Positions 12,158 through 24,720 of a stretch of 64,000 bases of DNA are shown in pieces. Within the stretch, counting starts at the first letter, position 1. Each line of letters opens with the position of its first letter. The position numbers were made by a program, and so were the translations under genes. Source of the stretch: Anolis carolinensis (taxonomy: Eukaryota); assembly GCF_035594765.1 (NCBI RefSeq), contig NC_085842.1:301739749-301803748 (forward strand), given 5' to 3'. A model generated the notes under the pieces. That model was not told where the DNA came from, searched no databases, and saw nothing but the letters and a program-made list of their open reading frames with translations.

Positions 12158-13121
12158 CTCACATATACTTGAGTATAAGCCAACCCGAGTATAAGCTGAG
12201 GCATCTAATTTTACCACAAAAAAAACTGGGAAAACTTATTGACCTGAGTATAAGATGAGGGTGGGAAATGCAGCAGCTACTGGTAAATTTCAAAAATAAA
12301 AATAAAAATAGATACCAATAAAATTGCATTAATTTAGGCATCAGTAGGTTAAATGTTTTTGAATATTTACATAAAACTGTAATTTAAGATAATAATAAAA
12401 TTTTAATAAGATTAAATTGTCCAAATTCGATTACCTATATACTCGAGTATAAGCGACCTGAATATAAGCCAGCCAGGACCCTTACTCAGGCCCGGCCCAA
12501 CACGGCACGCCGGCCACGCCCCCGCATTGGGTGCCACCTTCCCAGGGGCGCTATTGAGCCCCTGGGAGGCAGGGCCACACCTGGCAGAGGCGGGGCCACA
12601 CCTGGCGGAGGCGGGGCCGTGTGACGTGGAGGCGTGGCCAGGTCTGGCCCCGCCTCCCACGGGGCGCGCCATGGCGCAGCCAGACTGCGTGTGGTGGCAG
12701 TCTTTCCAGGCCGCGGCCTTCGTCGCGGCCTGGAAGGACTCCCACCTCACGCAGCCTGGCTGCCCAGACAGGGCGCACCCCGCTGGAGGCAGGACTGGCC
12801 ATGCCTCCCACGGCACGCGCCCGCTGTTGCGCGAGTCCTTTCAGGCTGCGGCCTGGAAGAACTCCTGCCGCAGCCTGGCTGCACCAGGGCGCGCCCCGCG
12901 GGAGGCGGGGCCACATCTGGCCCCGCCTCCCGCACATGCACCCTGGCCCCACCTCCCACGCCATCTGCGCCGCGGGAGGCGTGGCCGCCCTGCGTGGGAG
13001 GCGGGGTTAGGGCGCGGGAGGAGCGGCCAGTCCTGAGTATACTTGAGTATAAACTGGGGGGGGGGGCTTTTCAGCCCTAAAAAAGGTCAGAAAAACTCAA
13101 CTTATACTAGAATATATATGG
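12158..13121. mobile_element. Non-autonomous Tc1/mariner-superfamily (Tc2-like) element with a CpG-rich core
   Basis: Ends ..atatacttgagtataagcc / cttatactagaatatatatgg; TA on both flanks (12156-57, 13122-23); internal TIR-like copies at ~12434 and ~13037; GC-rich core 12470-13035. Confidence 0.8.
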
Positions 13122-14065
13122 TAAGTTGATTATCCCATCAGCCAAAAGCAGGCCCACACTTCTCATTAAAATACTAGTAAGTTTTCTTCATTTAAAAGAT
13201 TGTATTGTTCAAGAGATAGAATGTTAGTCATGAGTTGCATGAGCCCTCCAGCTAGCTTTCTACATCCCCAGGATACACCCAATCTCCCTGAAACAGCTGG
13301 CATTTTTTCCCCCAAACCTCCAATCAAATGTGGTGACTAGTCTAAATCCCGCCCCCCACCAGGTCCATATTGTCCAAAATAAAATGTTTGGCATCAACGT
13401 GGCCCACTGGGGTTTGGGGGTGGGGGGAGGCAAAGGCAAAAATAGCATCTTCATAACTTCCAGCATGTGAATAGGCATCACCAGAGTGTAGTAGACATGG
13501 CAAAAGATATTACTGAGGGAAGACACACAAGCTAGGATAGGTTTGTTTTTCAATTCCACATAGTATCTCAGTCATTCTTGTGTTCTTTTTGTTTGCCATC
13601 TGCTACTATTGGTTTTTCTAGCTCTTTCCACCCCACTGTTACTCCACCCTGAGGAAGCAAATTGTTCTTTTACCTTCACCTTGGCTATATTTAGGGACAC
13701 ATTGCAACCACTGAACTTATTTTAATGACAGCCATTTAAAGTCAACATTGTTTACATGCTTTACAATTTCACACTTTATGCCCAGCAATATATTTTTATA
13801 GTTTAATAAATACAGTAGGATGACAAACCCATGTGCAAGAAACCACAGTAGCTATTTCCATAATGATTTTCAATAGGGCATCTGAGCACAGCCTGCTCTT
13901 TGTTGGAAAAAAGAAGGATTTTGCCATCATGAATAAATGGCTATTTGTGAAACAAATATGACACATAAACCACAAAGTAAATGATCAATACATATATAAA
14001 TTAACAAGTGCTTTTGTGGCTTATTATGGCAAAAGTAAGATTTGCAGAAATATAAAGTGTAATAT

Positions 14066-15525
14066 ATCCCAGAATCCCAGAACAGTTTCCGCCCTTCCAG
14101 AGGAACAGTGGACATGATCTTTACTGGACAACAGCTCCCAGAAAAATGCAGGAAACAAAACCAACTTCTGTACATGGCAATCATTGACCTTGCAAAGGCA
14201 TTTGACACAGTGAATTGCAGTGGTACCTGGACGATCCTCCAAAAAAATCAGATGCCCTGACAAATTTTTGAACATCCCGCAACTCCTCCACAGTGACATG
14301 ATGGCAACAGTCTTGGACAGCAATGACTCCCAAAGTGACCCATTTAAGGTGGAATCAGGTATCAAACAAGTATGTGTTATTGCCCCAACCTTATTCTCCA
14401 TCTTTATCACTATGATACTTCATCTTGTTGATGGGAGTGCAAATCATCTACCATACAGATGGCAAGCTGTTTAAACTCAGCAGACTGAAAGCCAAAACTA
14501 AGGTCACAACAACATTTGTTAAAGAACTCCAATATGCTGATATAACACAGTCAGTGCACACTTAGACAAAGACCTACTAGCCACTCTAAACACCTTTGCA
14601 GAAGCATACGAGAAGTTCGGCCACTCATTGAACATCGAGAAAACCAAAGTGCTCTTCCAGCAGCCACCGGCCAATCCCTCTGCAATGCTAGAAATACAGC
14701 TTAACGGTGTCACATTAGAAAATGTTGACCATTTCCGCTACCTTGGCAGACAGCTCTCCACAAAAGTCAACATTGACACAGAAATACAACATCGTCTGAC
14801 CTCTGCGAGGGCAGCATTTTTCTGAAAGTAGCAGAGAATGTTTGAGGATCAGGACATCCGTAGGGATACCAAGGTGCTTGTTTATAAAGCTATTATCCTC
14901 CCATCCCTGTTATATACCTGCAAAACATGGACTGTCTATAGACGTCGCACTCAACTCCTGGAACAATTCAATTAGTGTTGCCTTCGAAAAACCCTGCAAA
15001 TCTCTTAGCACGACAGGTAGACAAATGTCAGCATGCTGGAAGAAGCAAAGACCACCAGCATTGAAGTGATGCTCATATGCCATCAACTCCACTGGACTGT
15101 CCACATTGTCCAAACACCTGACCACCATCTCCCAAAGAAGTTACTGTACTCCCAGCTCAACAGAAAATGGAATATTGGTGGACAGGAAAAGAGATTTAAA
15201 GATGGTCTTAAAGCTAACTTTAAAAACTGCTGCATAGACACCGAGAACTGGGAAGCTCTGGCCCTTGAGAGCTCTAATCGGAGGTCAGCTGTGACCAGCA
15301 GTGCTGCAGAATTCGAAGAGGCACGCATGGAGGGCTTAAGGAAGAAATGTGCCAAGAGGAAGGCACATCAAGCCAATCCTGATCGGGACTGGAAAATGCT
15401 GTCCTCACTGTGGAAGAACATGTGGGTCAAGAATAGGGCTTCACAGTCACCTATCCACCGCCAAGACACTGCACTTGGAAGGCCATCATACTTGGACAAC
15501 GAGGGATTGCCTAAACAAACAAACA
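14066..15525 (+). mobile_element. 5'-truncated RTE-clade LINE (RT domain to 3' end), frameshifted
   Basis: PESQ..FRPSRGTVDMIF, IDLAKAFDTV, SGIKQVCVIAPTLF, ELQYAD, LENVDHFRYLG, terminal CPHCGRTCGSRIGLHSH zinc finger; short (aaac)n tail. Confidence 0.93.
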
Positions 15526-16460
15526 CATTTCTAATGCAAGCTTTCAAGAGCCAAAGTCCATTTTGTTAGATGTTTTCAGCCAGTAGTGCAAACAACTGAG
15601 GGCCCTTCTACACTGGCAAAAATCTCGGGAGATAACTGAGCATGCTTTTGGTCTTAGTCAAAAAGATTCATTAGAACAAGGTTAATTATACACATTGGAC
15701 ATAAAATAGCATTAGTCACACATTTTGCATTGGTTTAGCAGCCCTGAGTTCAGATGTCTGCAGGTTCAATCAGATATTTCCATCAAGCTTATTACAGACT
15801 TGGAAAACCTCCACTTTATTCATAGCTCTTCAGTGCCAAATTTAAAATATGGAACGGATGTTTTTCTTGCATGAAGTAAATCTCTTTACACAATCTCTAA
15901 ATGGTCAAAATTGGGGTCAACATCATTGGGAAATTAATAAAAACCACATGACAGAGAAGGCCTGCTGCACTTTTGTTCTCAGTAGATATTAGCACTGGGA
16001 CTGTTCTGTCTTGCTTACCATTGCTTTTAGAAGGTGAACATCAGCAAATATAAGAAGAGCCTCTACTTTCCTTGCACACATTGGGTAGGAACATTGAACA
16101 ATGCTTCTTTTCAGACTTAATCCAGCCTTTCCCAGAATCATGCACCATCCCCAAACCCTATGGTTGCTATTGTTATTTGTACCCTGATTTTCTTTCTAGA
16201 TCAGGACCCAATGTTGCTCACAACCTTAAAAACAATACAATTTAAAAACTACAAAATATAAATATTAAAATTGAATTAAGTATATAATTATTAGAACAAG
16301 TCAGTTAAAATCACAATAAAACAAATAAGTGAAAATTGTTAAAACAATTGAAACACCACATTTCCCATACCATACCTTTTGCCAGCTCAGTTGGGTTGTC
16401 ATGAGGGATTGGGGTTGAATCACACTTTTAACTTTTATCAGAAATAAATACCATGGAGAA

Positions 16461-16505
<45 letters not shown>

Positions 16506-17841
16506 CCAATCTCTGACTAACACTGTCCAAATTTTTAGCACCATTATCAGCATGGCATTGAAGAAGGGAAAAATCACTGAAACTGAGGGCATAAATATGC
16601 CTAATGGCCAAACAATAAAGTATCACCAGTCAGAGGCCTATAAATATCTGGGCATATTACAGCTGGACAACATCAAGCATGAACATGTGAAAACTGTGGT
16701 CAGCAAAGAATACACACAAAGGGTCAGAAAAATTCTCAAAAGCAAGCTCAATGGAGGCAACACCATCAAGGCCATAAACACCTGGTCCATACCTGTCATA
16801 AGATATACCGCTGGCATCATAAACTGGACACAGGTGGAACTGGACAATTTGGACAGAAAAACAAGAAAACTCATGACCATTCATCATTCACTGCACCCTC
16901 GCAGTGATGTTGACTGGCTGTATCTGCCTAGAAGATCTCGTGGCAGAGGACTCTTACAAGTAAAACAGGCAGTCAAAGAAGAAGAACATGCCTTGGCAGA
17001 ATATGTAAAGGAAAGTGAAGAACCTGCTTTGATTGAAGTCAAAAATCAGAAACTCCTCAAAGCAGAGCAGACAAAAAATCAGTACAAGAAAACCGCACTA
17101 CAAACTAGAGCTGACAGCTGGCACAACAAAACATTGCATGGAAAGTTCCTTGACAAAATTGAAGGAAAAGCTGACAAGGAGAAGACCTGGCTATGGCTCA
17201 CGAATGGGACACTGAAGAAGGAGACAGAAGGCCTGATCCTTGCAGCCCAGGAGCAAGCCATCAGAACAAATGCAAACAAGGCCAAGATCGAAAAATCAGC
17301 TGATGACCCAAAATGCAGACTGTGCAAGGAAGCTGACGAAACCATTGATCACATCCTCAGCTGCTGTAAGAAAATTGCACAGACAGACTACAAACAGAGG
17401 CACAATTATGTGGCCCAAATGATTCATTGGAACTTATGCTTCAAGTACCACCTGCCAGCAGTAAAGAACTGGTGGGATCACACACCTGCAAAGGTCGTGG
17501 AAAATGAACACGCAAAGATACTGTGGGACTTCCGAATCCAGACTACCAGGACCTCAAGATTGAACTTCAAAGACTCTGGCAGAAACCAGTGCAGGTGGTC
17601 CCGGTGGTGATCGGCACACTGGGTGCCATGCCAAAAGATCTCAACCGGCATTTGGAAACAATAGACATTGACAAAATTATGATCTTCCAACTGCAAAAGG
17701 CCACCCTGCTGGGATCTGTGCGCATCATCCGAAAATACATCACACAGTCCTAAAGGCCTGGGAAGTGTTCAACTTGTGATTTTGTGATATGAAATCCAGC
17801 ATATCTATCTTGTTTGCTGTGTCATACTATGTCATTGTGTC

Positions 17842-17892
<51 letters not shown>
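16461..17892 (+). mobile_element. 5'-truncated R4/Dong-clade non-LTR retrotransposon inserted in (TAA)n
   Basis: ORF with YKYLGI, LNGGNTIKAINTW, LYLPR..GRGL, ETEGLILAAQEQ, CRLC..DETIDHILSCC, KILWDF; (aat)n on both flanks (16461-16505, 17842-17892). Confidence 0.93.
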
Positions 17893-17893
<1 letters not shown>

Positions 17894-20800
17894 TTTATCT
17901 CATTCTGTCAATGAAAATTGCCTTACAGGACAGTTAGCGTCAGTTATCATAGCAGGCAATGCAAATAAATAAAAAGTGACTTCACTTTCCCCTCAGTTCT
18001 TCAAACAAACATGCAATGGGTCAGAGCTCAGCAACAATTTTTTTCATACTACAGCTGTCCTAATCTTCCAGCTGGGAAGTATGTTCATTGTAGTTCCAAA
18101 AAGGAATGTTCCAAGTTTTGGCATCAAAATTTCTTACCGATGCAAACACCCAGAAGGTTTTGAAAGGGGATTTTAATTATAATAATGGTGTGGGAAAATT
18201 TCCATATCTGATCTCCTGTAGTCATGGCAGGCAACTTCTATTCATAACTTCTACAAATGAATGATTACAACTTCAAGAGCTACCTTGGACGTTGAGTCTC
18301 TGAGAAGACCAGGATAATCAGGGTTGTGTTTTCCTTTTCCATTTTCATTTGGAGGCCACCTGCCATTGTGACCAAGACATTTGGGATTGTATAGGTGAAC
18401 CCAGAAATCAGATAACAACAGATTGTGTATCAGAGAGTACAGCAGTTATCCCAAAAGGGACATCTTTGTGTAAACCAAGCCAAAGAGCTGTGCTATTTTT
18501 ATTTATTCTTCACGCTGGTCAGATAAGGGAACTCATGTTGTCACATGAGTTGGTTAGGCAGAAGCCACAAGTCCTTCAAGTGAAAAGATTTCAAAATCAA
18601 CAAGATCACTGTCCTTGCTTTCTTTTCTTTAACCAGGGAGTCATTTATTTGCAAATAAAGCCAAAGCCGAGAAGAGCTGTTTATGTTGACATAAGGGTCC
18701 AGATACTTCAGTTTTATGAGGTTTTATCATTTGTTGACATGTGGGATGATGCTTTTTGTTTGTTTCTGGTGAGGTTTTTGATTTTTCAAGGAGAAAAGCC
18801 CATCAATTTGGAGAAATATTGGCAATAAGACAAATAAAATAAGGACTGAAACCTTTTGGGAATATTCATGAGTGCCCAACCCAGTCCTTTGGGAATACCC
18901 TACAGCCACATTATAATTTGTTCTTGGCATTTCTCCAGTTATTATATGCTTTTTACCCTTTGAGCTAAATTAATCCTCTCGTTTAAGGCTTGTTTATTGA
19001 TGTTAACAGCCATAGGCAAAAATATATTGCTGTGTTCCATCTTTTTGCATTTGTCTTTGCCAGTCACTCAACTGGGCCCCAAAGAACTTTGTTGAAATTA
19101 GTGGCAGCCCTTGGGCTTAAAAAGTATCCTTACCATTGGTCAAATAGTCAGCTCAATTATATGCCTGGGTGCCTTCCCATAATCCATTGCACTGACATGA
19201 AATTGACTAGTTTTAAAGAACCAGTTTCATTTCATTTCCAACAAATTAGCAAAAAAAAAGAGAGAGAATCTATATCTGGTACCCATTTCTAAATAAACAA
19301 CAACCAAAGTCTTAATTGGATGTCAGAAAATAAACTAAAGGGTTATCAAAATAAAATAAGCAGAACTAGGTGATGGAAATTCCCATGTGGTGGTTGTTTA
19401 TATTAGACTGTGAAAATTAGAGAAAGGAATAAAAAAAACAAAAACATTTCTTGGTAATTTCACCTGCAGATTGAGCTGTCAAATCATGCAGACAGCTTTG
19501 CTATTCTGCCACATCCTGCTTCTATATGCACCTGGGTTGAACCGCATGCATCTCAGAATGATGTGTTGACTGAAATAACTTCATTTCCTTCTTCTGGCTG
19601 CATTTAAAGTTTGAACTATTGTTTTATAACAAAATGGCAATATATGTATGCAAACAAAGTGGCAGTGGCGGCTCCTGCCACTTCTTTTTGTTTCCTCAGT
19701 ACTGGGACCCTAAACAGTTTTAAAAAATTAAAACAAAGGCATTTAGAAACACTTTAAAAGTAATCACTAAAACGTATTTATAATACGATTGAAATCCAAT
19801 TAAATTACCCACAGGATTAAGTCAATTCAAAGAAAATCTACTAAAAGCAAACTATAAAAACCAGCCAAACAGAACACTGTTAAAAGTTCTAGCAGCCAAT
19901 TCCAAAGTCTTTCAGAACAGCAATATTTTTACTTATTTCCAGTGGCAACTAGGGAAGCTTGCCTTAGTGTGATCATCATATAACAATCCCACATAGGTAA
20001 ATACACTTCTGATGTGTTCAGTTGATGAAAGAGATTTCTTCATGAGTAACACCTGTCAAAAAGGTTGGAAGCATTACTTTTATGGACTTCATCTTCCACA
20101 GTCCCAACACATCTGGTGGATACCAGGACTGGAGGAAGGCTGATATAGGAGATAGGAGCCATAATTCATGTAATGGTACACACAATAATAATGCATTTGG
20201 ACTTGATTTATAGGGCAGCCTAATAAAAATGCAATGGGAATACTCTGTCAAGTACATATAGATGTAGGATTGCAGATTGAATATTACAATCCATTTTAAA
20301 CAAAACAGAGATCTTGGTTTCTTAAACCACATCAGATATTTTCATTCAGGTTTGTTCCAGCTTAGGCAGGTGACCTGATTTTCATGTAGTTGACAATATG
20401 CAAATCCTCCTGTGTTTCTACTTGTGCATTTTATGTGGAACAGGAAGTTCTACACTGTTTGAATGTCAAATCACAATGAAAAGGTGAATGGTGGGGTTTC
20501 ATCATGCAAAATGCCACAACACAAGGACAAAGACCAGTGTTCTAAATATAGAAGATAACAAACTGAACCCAATTTGCCACCCTCCTTGTTTAGCCTTCTT
20601 CTTCTTCTTCTTTTTACAATAGAGAACATTTCTCAAGTCCTTTTGCATCTTTCAGAAAGGAAGAGCTGCTATAATAGTTCTGTTACATGGAGGACAATCT
20701 TCAAATCAATGCACAAGAGGCAGGGAAACATGTAGTTACAGAGGTAGTCAAAATGAGGGTTTTGCCAATGAATTTTTCCTTTTAGCCTCAATTTCCTAGC

Positions 20801-20935
20801 ATCATTGAAGTGAGACATGGAAAATCATGCATACCTTTTGCTCTTATATTTATTGTATTTGCATCTCCTTGGTAACTTTACCTACTCCTTTTCTTTGGAT
20901 GCCTAAACTTTATTTCTAAATGCTCAAATTATTGT

Positions 20936-21162
20936 CGAAGGCTTTCATGGCCGGAATCACTGGGGTGCTATGAGTTTTCCAGGCTGTATAGCCATGTTCC
21001 GGAAGCATTCTCTTCTGACATTTCACCCTCATCTATGGCAGGCATCCTCAGAGGTGTGACCCCACACCTCTGAGGATGCCTGCCATAGATGTAGGCAAAA
21101 TGTCAGAAGAGAATGCTTCTGGAACATGGCCATACAGCCTGGAAAACTCACAGCAACCCAGT
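20936..21162. mobile_element. Penelope-like fold-back unit (inverted pseudo-LTR pair)
   Basis: ~100-bp inverted arms around a short spacer; terminal gtcgaaggctttcatggccggaatc; direct repeat tcaaattattgt at 20924-20935 and 21163-21174. Confidence 0.85.
21012..21054 (-). ncRNA. Minimal type I hammerhead ribozyme motif (Penelope-associated)
   Basis: Minus strand reads cct-CTGAGGA-t-gcctgc-catagat-gagggt-GAAA-t-GTC-aga. Confidence 0.55.
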
Positions 21163-22134
21163 TCAAATTATTGTGATATAGTAATTAGTGTTAGCAGCCT
21201 TTGTCTCTCTATACACACTACTTGCTAGATTTCACGATACCCTCTAGAAATTTGGATACATCATATAGTTATAATAAATTCCTACTTGTTGGCCCATCCT
21301 GCACACACACATATTTTCTCTTGTTCTGCATTACTCTAACCTAAAGATATTTTCTTTTCTCTCTCTCTCATTCTTTAGACTCTATATATCAAATATACAG
21401 ATGTTATGGTAAGTAAAGGGACTTTAGTATGTTCAAAAAGGAGAATGACTTTCCTTCATTTTTGTTAGGCCCTCTGTGTGGGGTGGACATGGGACTGGTT
21501 GTTGTTCAGCTTCTGCCATGCCAATTGTTTCTTCTGTTTGAGAGATCTATAACTATCTACTATATTTTCCAGCACCCAACTATCTGGGACAGCTTTTGAG
21601 TGGCAGAATCACTCTGAGCTAGTTCTTTTGATACAAGAAGTTCTATCAGGAGAATGGTATGATAGATCCTGTCAAGGTCCATCTCTAACACATCCTTAAG
21701 ATCTTCTGGTGCCTGATACATCCCAACCATTTTGTTGTTAGGTCAGAATATACTTCAACCTCCACTCAGAGTGAAAACACATAGGTCATGTTATTTAAAG
21801 CACATGGATCCCTTTCTTCCTAACCATTAAAATACAGCAAGAATATATTGGGTAACTAACCATTTCTTGCCATGTCATTAACTCTGACAATGCTTCCTCT
21901 ATTGCTAAGGGCAGAGGAAGCTGAGGATAGATCTGCACCATTCACAAGTTCCTGTTTTGTTAATGGGAGGACACTAGCCTTCTGCTGAATTGCTTACATC
22001 AGCACATAGTGATTCGCCCAAGCACAGTTTGTTATAAGCCACCTTGGGTTACATTCTAGGAGAAAGGATGGCTGGACTGACAGACAATAGATAAATGTAG
22101 AAAAAGTTATTTGGGGAAAACAGTTTTAGATATA

Positions 22135-22712
22135 CAGTAGAGTCTCACTTATCCAACATAAGTGGATAAGTGGGCCCGGGCTGTGGCGCAGGCTGGAGAG
22201 CAAGCCAGCTGCAACCAGCTGCAATGAATCACTCTGACCAGGAGTTCGAGGCCTGCTCGGAGCCTATGTTTGTCTTGTCTTTGTTCTATGTTAAAAAGGC
22301 ATTGAATGTTTGCCTATATGTGTAATGTGATCCGCCCTGAGTCCCCTTCGGGGTGAGAAGGGCGGAATATAAAAGCTGTAAATAAATAAATAAATAAACA
22401 TAAACGGGCTGGCAGAACGCTGGATAAGCGAAAATGTTGGATAATAAGGAGAGATTAAGGGAAAGCCTATTAAATGTCAAATTACATTATGATTTTAAAA
22501 ATTAAGCATCATGTTTTACAACAAATCGACAGAAAAAGCAGTTCCATTCACTGTAACATTATGTAGTAGTTACTGTATTTACGAATTTTGCACCAAAACA
22601 TTGCAAGGTATTGACTGCATTGACTACAAAAACACTGACTACCAAAAGGCAGACTGCGTTGGATAATACAGAACATTGGATAAGCGAAGGTTGGATAAGT
22701 GAGACTCTACTG
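22135..22712. mobile_element. Tigger/pogo-like MITE with a nested SINE
   Basis: TIR cagtagagtctcacttatccaac / gttggataagtgagactctactg; TA TSD. Confidence 0.92.
22172..22398 (+). mobile_element. tRNA-derived SINE with L2-type tail (Anolis SINE2-like)
   Basis: A-box-like tggcgcaggctgg, B-box-like gagttcgaggcc; tail tgatccgccctgagtccccttcggggtgagaagggcgg + (taaa)n; target aacataa duplicated. Confidence 0.85.
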
Positions 22713-23387
22713 TACTGGGTGAGGAATCCTGGGACTATGTTATTGAACAGATTCCCAGAATCATTGCCACAGAAACAATCCTGAAATTGCTGGTGTCTTG
22801 TGGTGCAAGGAAGGACAGGGCTGCCTTAACCTGCCGCTTTGGGGTGAGATACCCTCCCACCCCCCACTCAGACCATAGAACAACCCATGGAAGAACTTTT
22901 CATGCTCTTTCCTCAGATCTGTTTTTCTAATGGTTGTTTCTCAGCTAAAGGATTTGTCCTGTTTAGCTTTTCCCATTCTGATTGGAAAGAAAACAGGTGG
23001 TAAATTGAAAACACCACCAGCAGTGAGGGCTTTTCCATTACAGTAGATCCTGCCACATTATTGCTGTCCCCTCTGTGCTGACTCTGCAGCCCTCCAGACT
23101 ATCCGTGAGACAGACTGCTGAGCTACAGCAAAAGCCTTCATTACTTGTGTCCTCCCTCTAAGGAAATTTATTGCTTTCCTAAACCAACAAATTAGTGGGT
23201 CAGCTTCTCCCGCAATCTCCACATTAGTATTGTCCCCTCTTTATCTGAAAACATCAGGTTTAAAGAAGTTGTCAGGTAGCCTATAAATAATGTTTTTTCT
23301 AAGGATACTACTTGTTCAAAGGTTTTAAAAGTCCCAGGTTCCAATACCTATTTCCAAAATTTCAATCACAGCTGCAGTATCTTCGTA

Positions 23388-23710
23388 CAGTAGAGTCTCA
23401 GTTATCCAACATTCGCTTATCCAACGTTCTGGATTATCCAATGCATTTTTGCAGTCAATGTTTTCAATACATCGTGACATTTTGGTGCTAAATTCATAAA
23501 TACAGCAATTACTGCATAGCATTACTGCCTATTGAACTACTTTTTCTGTCAAATTTGTTGTATAACATGATGTTTTGGTGCTTAACTTGTAAAATCATAA
23601 CCTAATTTGATGTATAATAGGCTTCTCCTTAATCCCTCCTTATTATCCAACATATTCGCTTATCCAACATTCTGCCGGCCCGTTTATGTTGGATAAGTGA
23701 GACTCTACTG
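23388..23710. mobile_element. Tigger/pogo-like MITE, same family as 22135, opposite orientation
   Basis: Same TIRs; TA TSD. Confidence 0.92.
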
Positions 23711-24570
23711 TATTTGAGTCTGAAAATCTCACAAGTGTATCTCCTTCAACTCTAATAGCATTACACAGATTTTTTTCAATAATGCACATATGCAAACTGA
23801 AGGCCCATGGGCCAGATCTGACCCATTATGTCATTATATGTAGCCTTCTGGATGTTGGACTACAACCCCTGTATCATCCTTAACATCCTTAGATATCATG
23901 ACTAGAGCTGATGGAAGTTGTGATACTGGTAACATCCAGAAGGCTGCAATTTGTTCTGTTCAGTCAGGGTAGTGAGCTTGAATTTGGATACAAGGCTTAT
24001 GGACAGGATGCCTGACTCTAAATGTCCTTTAACCTTTCTCTAACCTCAGAGCCACAAGTGCTGTTGGGTTGCAGTTCCCATTACCCCCAGTCCTCATAGC
24101 AGATTATCAAAAGTGATGGGAATTGCTGTTTAATAACATCTGAAAATCTAAACTGGGTAGAAACTAAAGAGCAATGATCACTTTGTAATTTTTTGTTAGT
24201 CCTCTGTATCCATGGATTCTCTAACTATAAGGCTGATATGGCCCTCAATGAAAATGGTTTTGAAATTCCTGCAATAATGTATCTTTTTAAATATATTTTT
24301 CAGGCACAGAATTAAAAAATACAATATAAATGTAATGTCACACACAGTTTTTTTTTTACTAATGCCAGTGCCAATTTCACTTTGTCACCTCTTACAACAT
24401 AGAAATATCAAAATAAATTATAAAAGTAAACTCTTTTGCAATGGACCAAATTTGAGATCATTTTAAAAAATTAGAACAGCAAATTCCTATAAGGCCAGAA
24501 TACATTTAAAAATTTGTTTGGCAAACTCCGTTTTTCAGGTCTGTGAACAACTGCCCTTTCATGACACTTA

Positions 24571-24720
24571 GGGCCCTTCCAGACAGGCCCTATATCCCAG
24601 GATCTGAACCCAGGTTTACTATTTATCCCAGATTATCTATCAGTGCAGACTCATATAATCCAGTTTAAAGCAGAAAACCTGGGATCAGATCCTGGGATAT
24701 AGGGCCTGTCTGGAAGGGCT
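24571..24720. mobile_element. PIF/Harbinger-like palindromic MITE
   Basis: gcccttccagacaggccctatatcccaggatctga / tcagatcctgggatatagggcctgtctggaagggc; left flank tta. Confidence 0.85.

Noticed and set aside
12412-13080. Six overlapping ORFs of 70-169 aa
   Set aside because: By-product of very high GC and internal repeats within a transposon; low-complexity products with no recognisable domain
21068-21112. Plus-strand hammerhead in the first fold-back unit
   Set aside because: Essential GAAA box reads AAAA, so predicted inactive and not listed as an ncRNA
24301-24545. Possible TIR element (caggcacagaa / tttcaggtctgtg)
   Set aside because: Termini too degenerate and no TSD, so it cannot be classified
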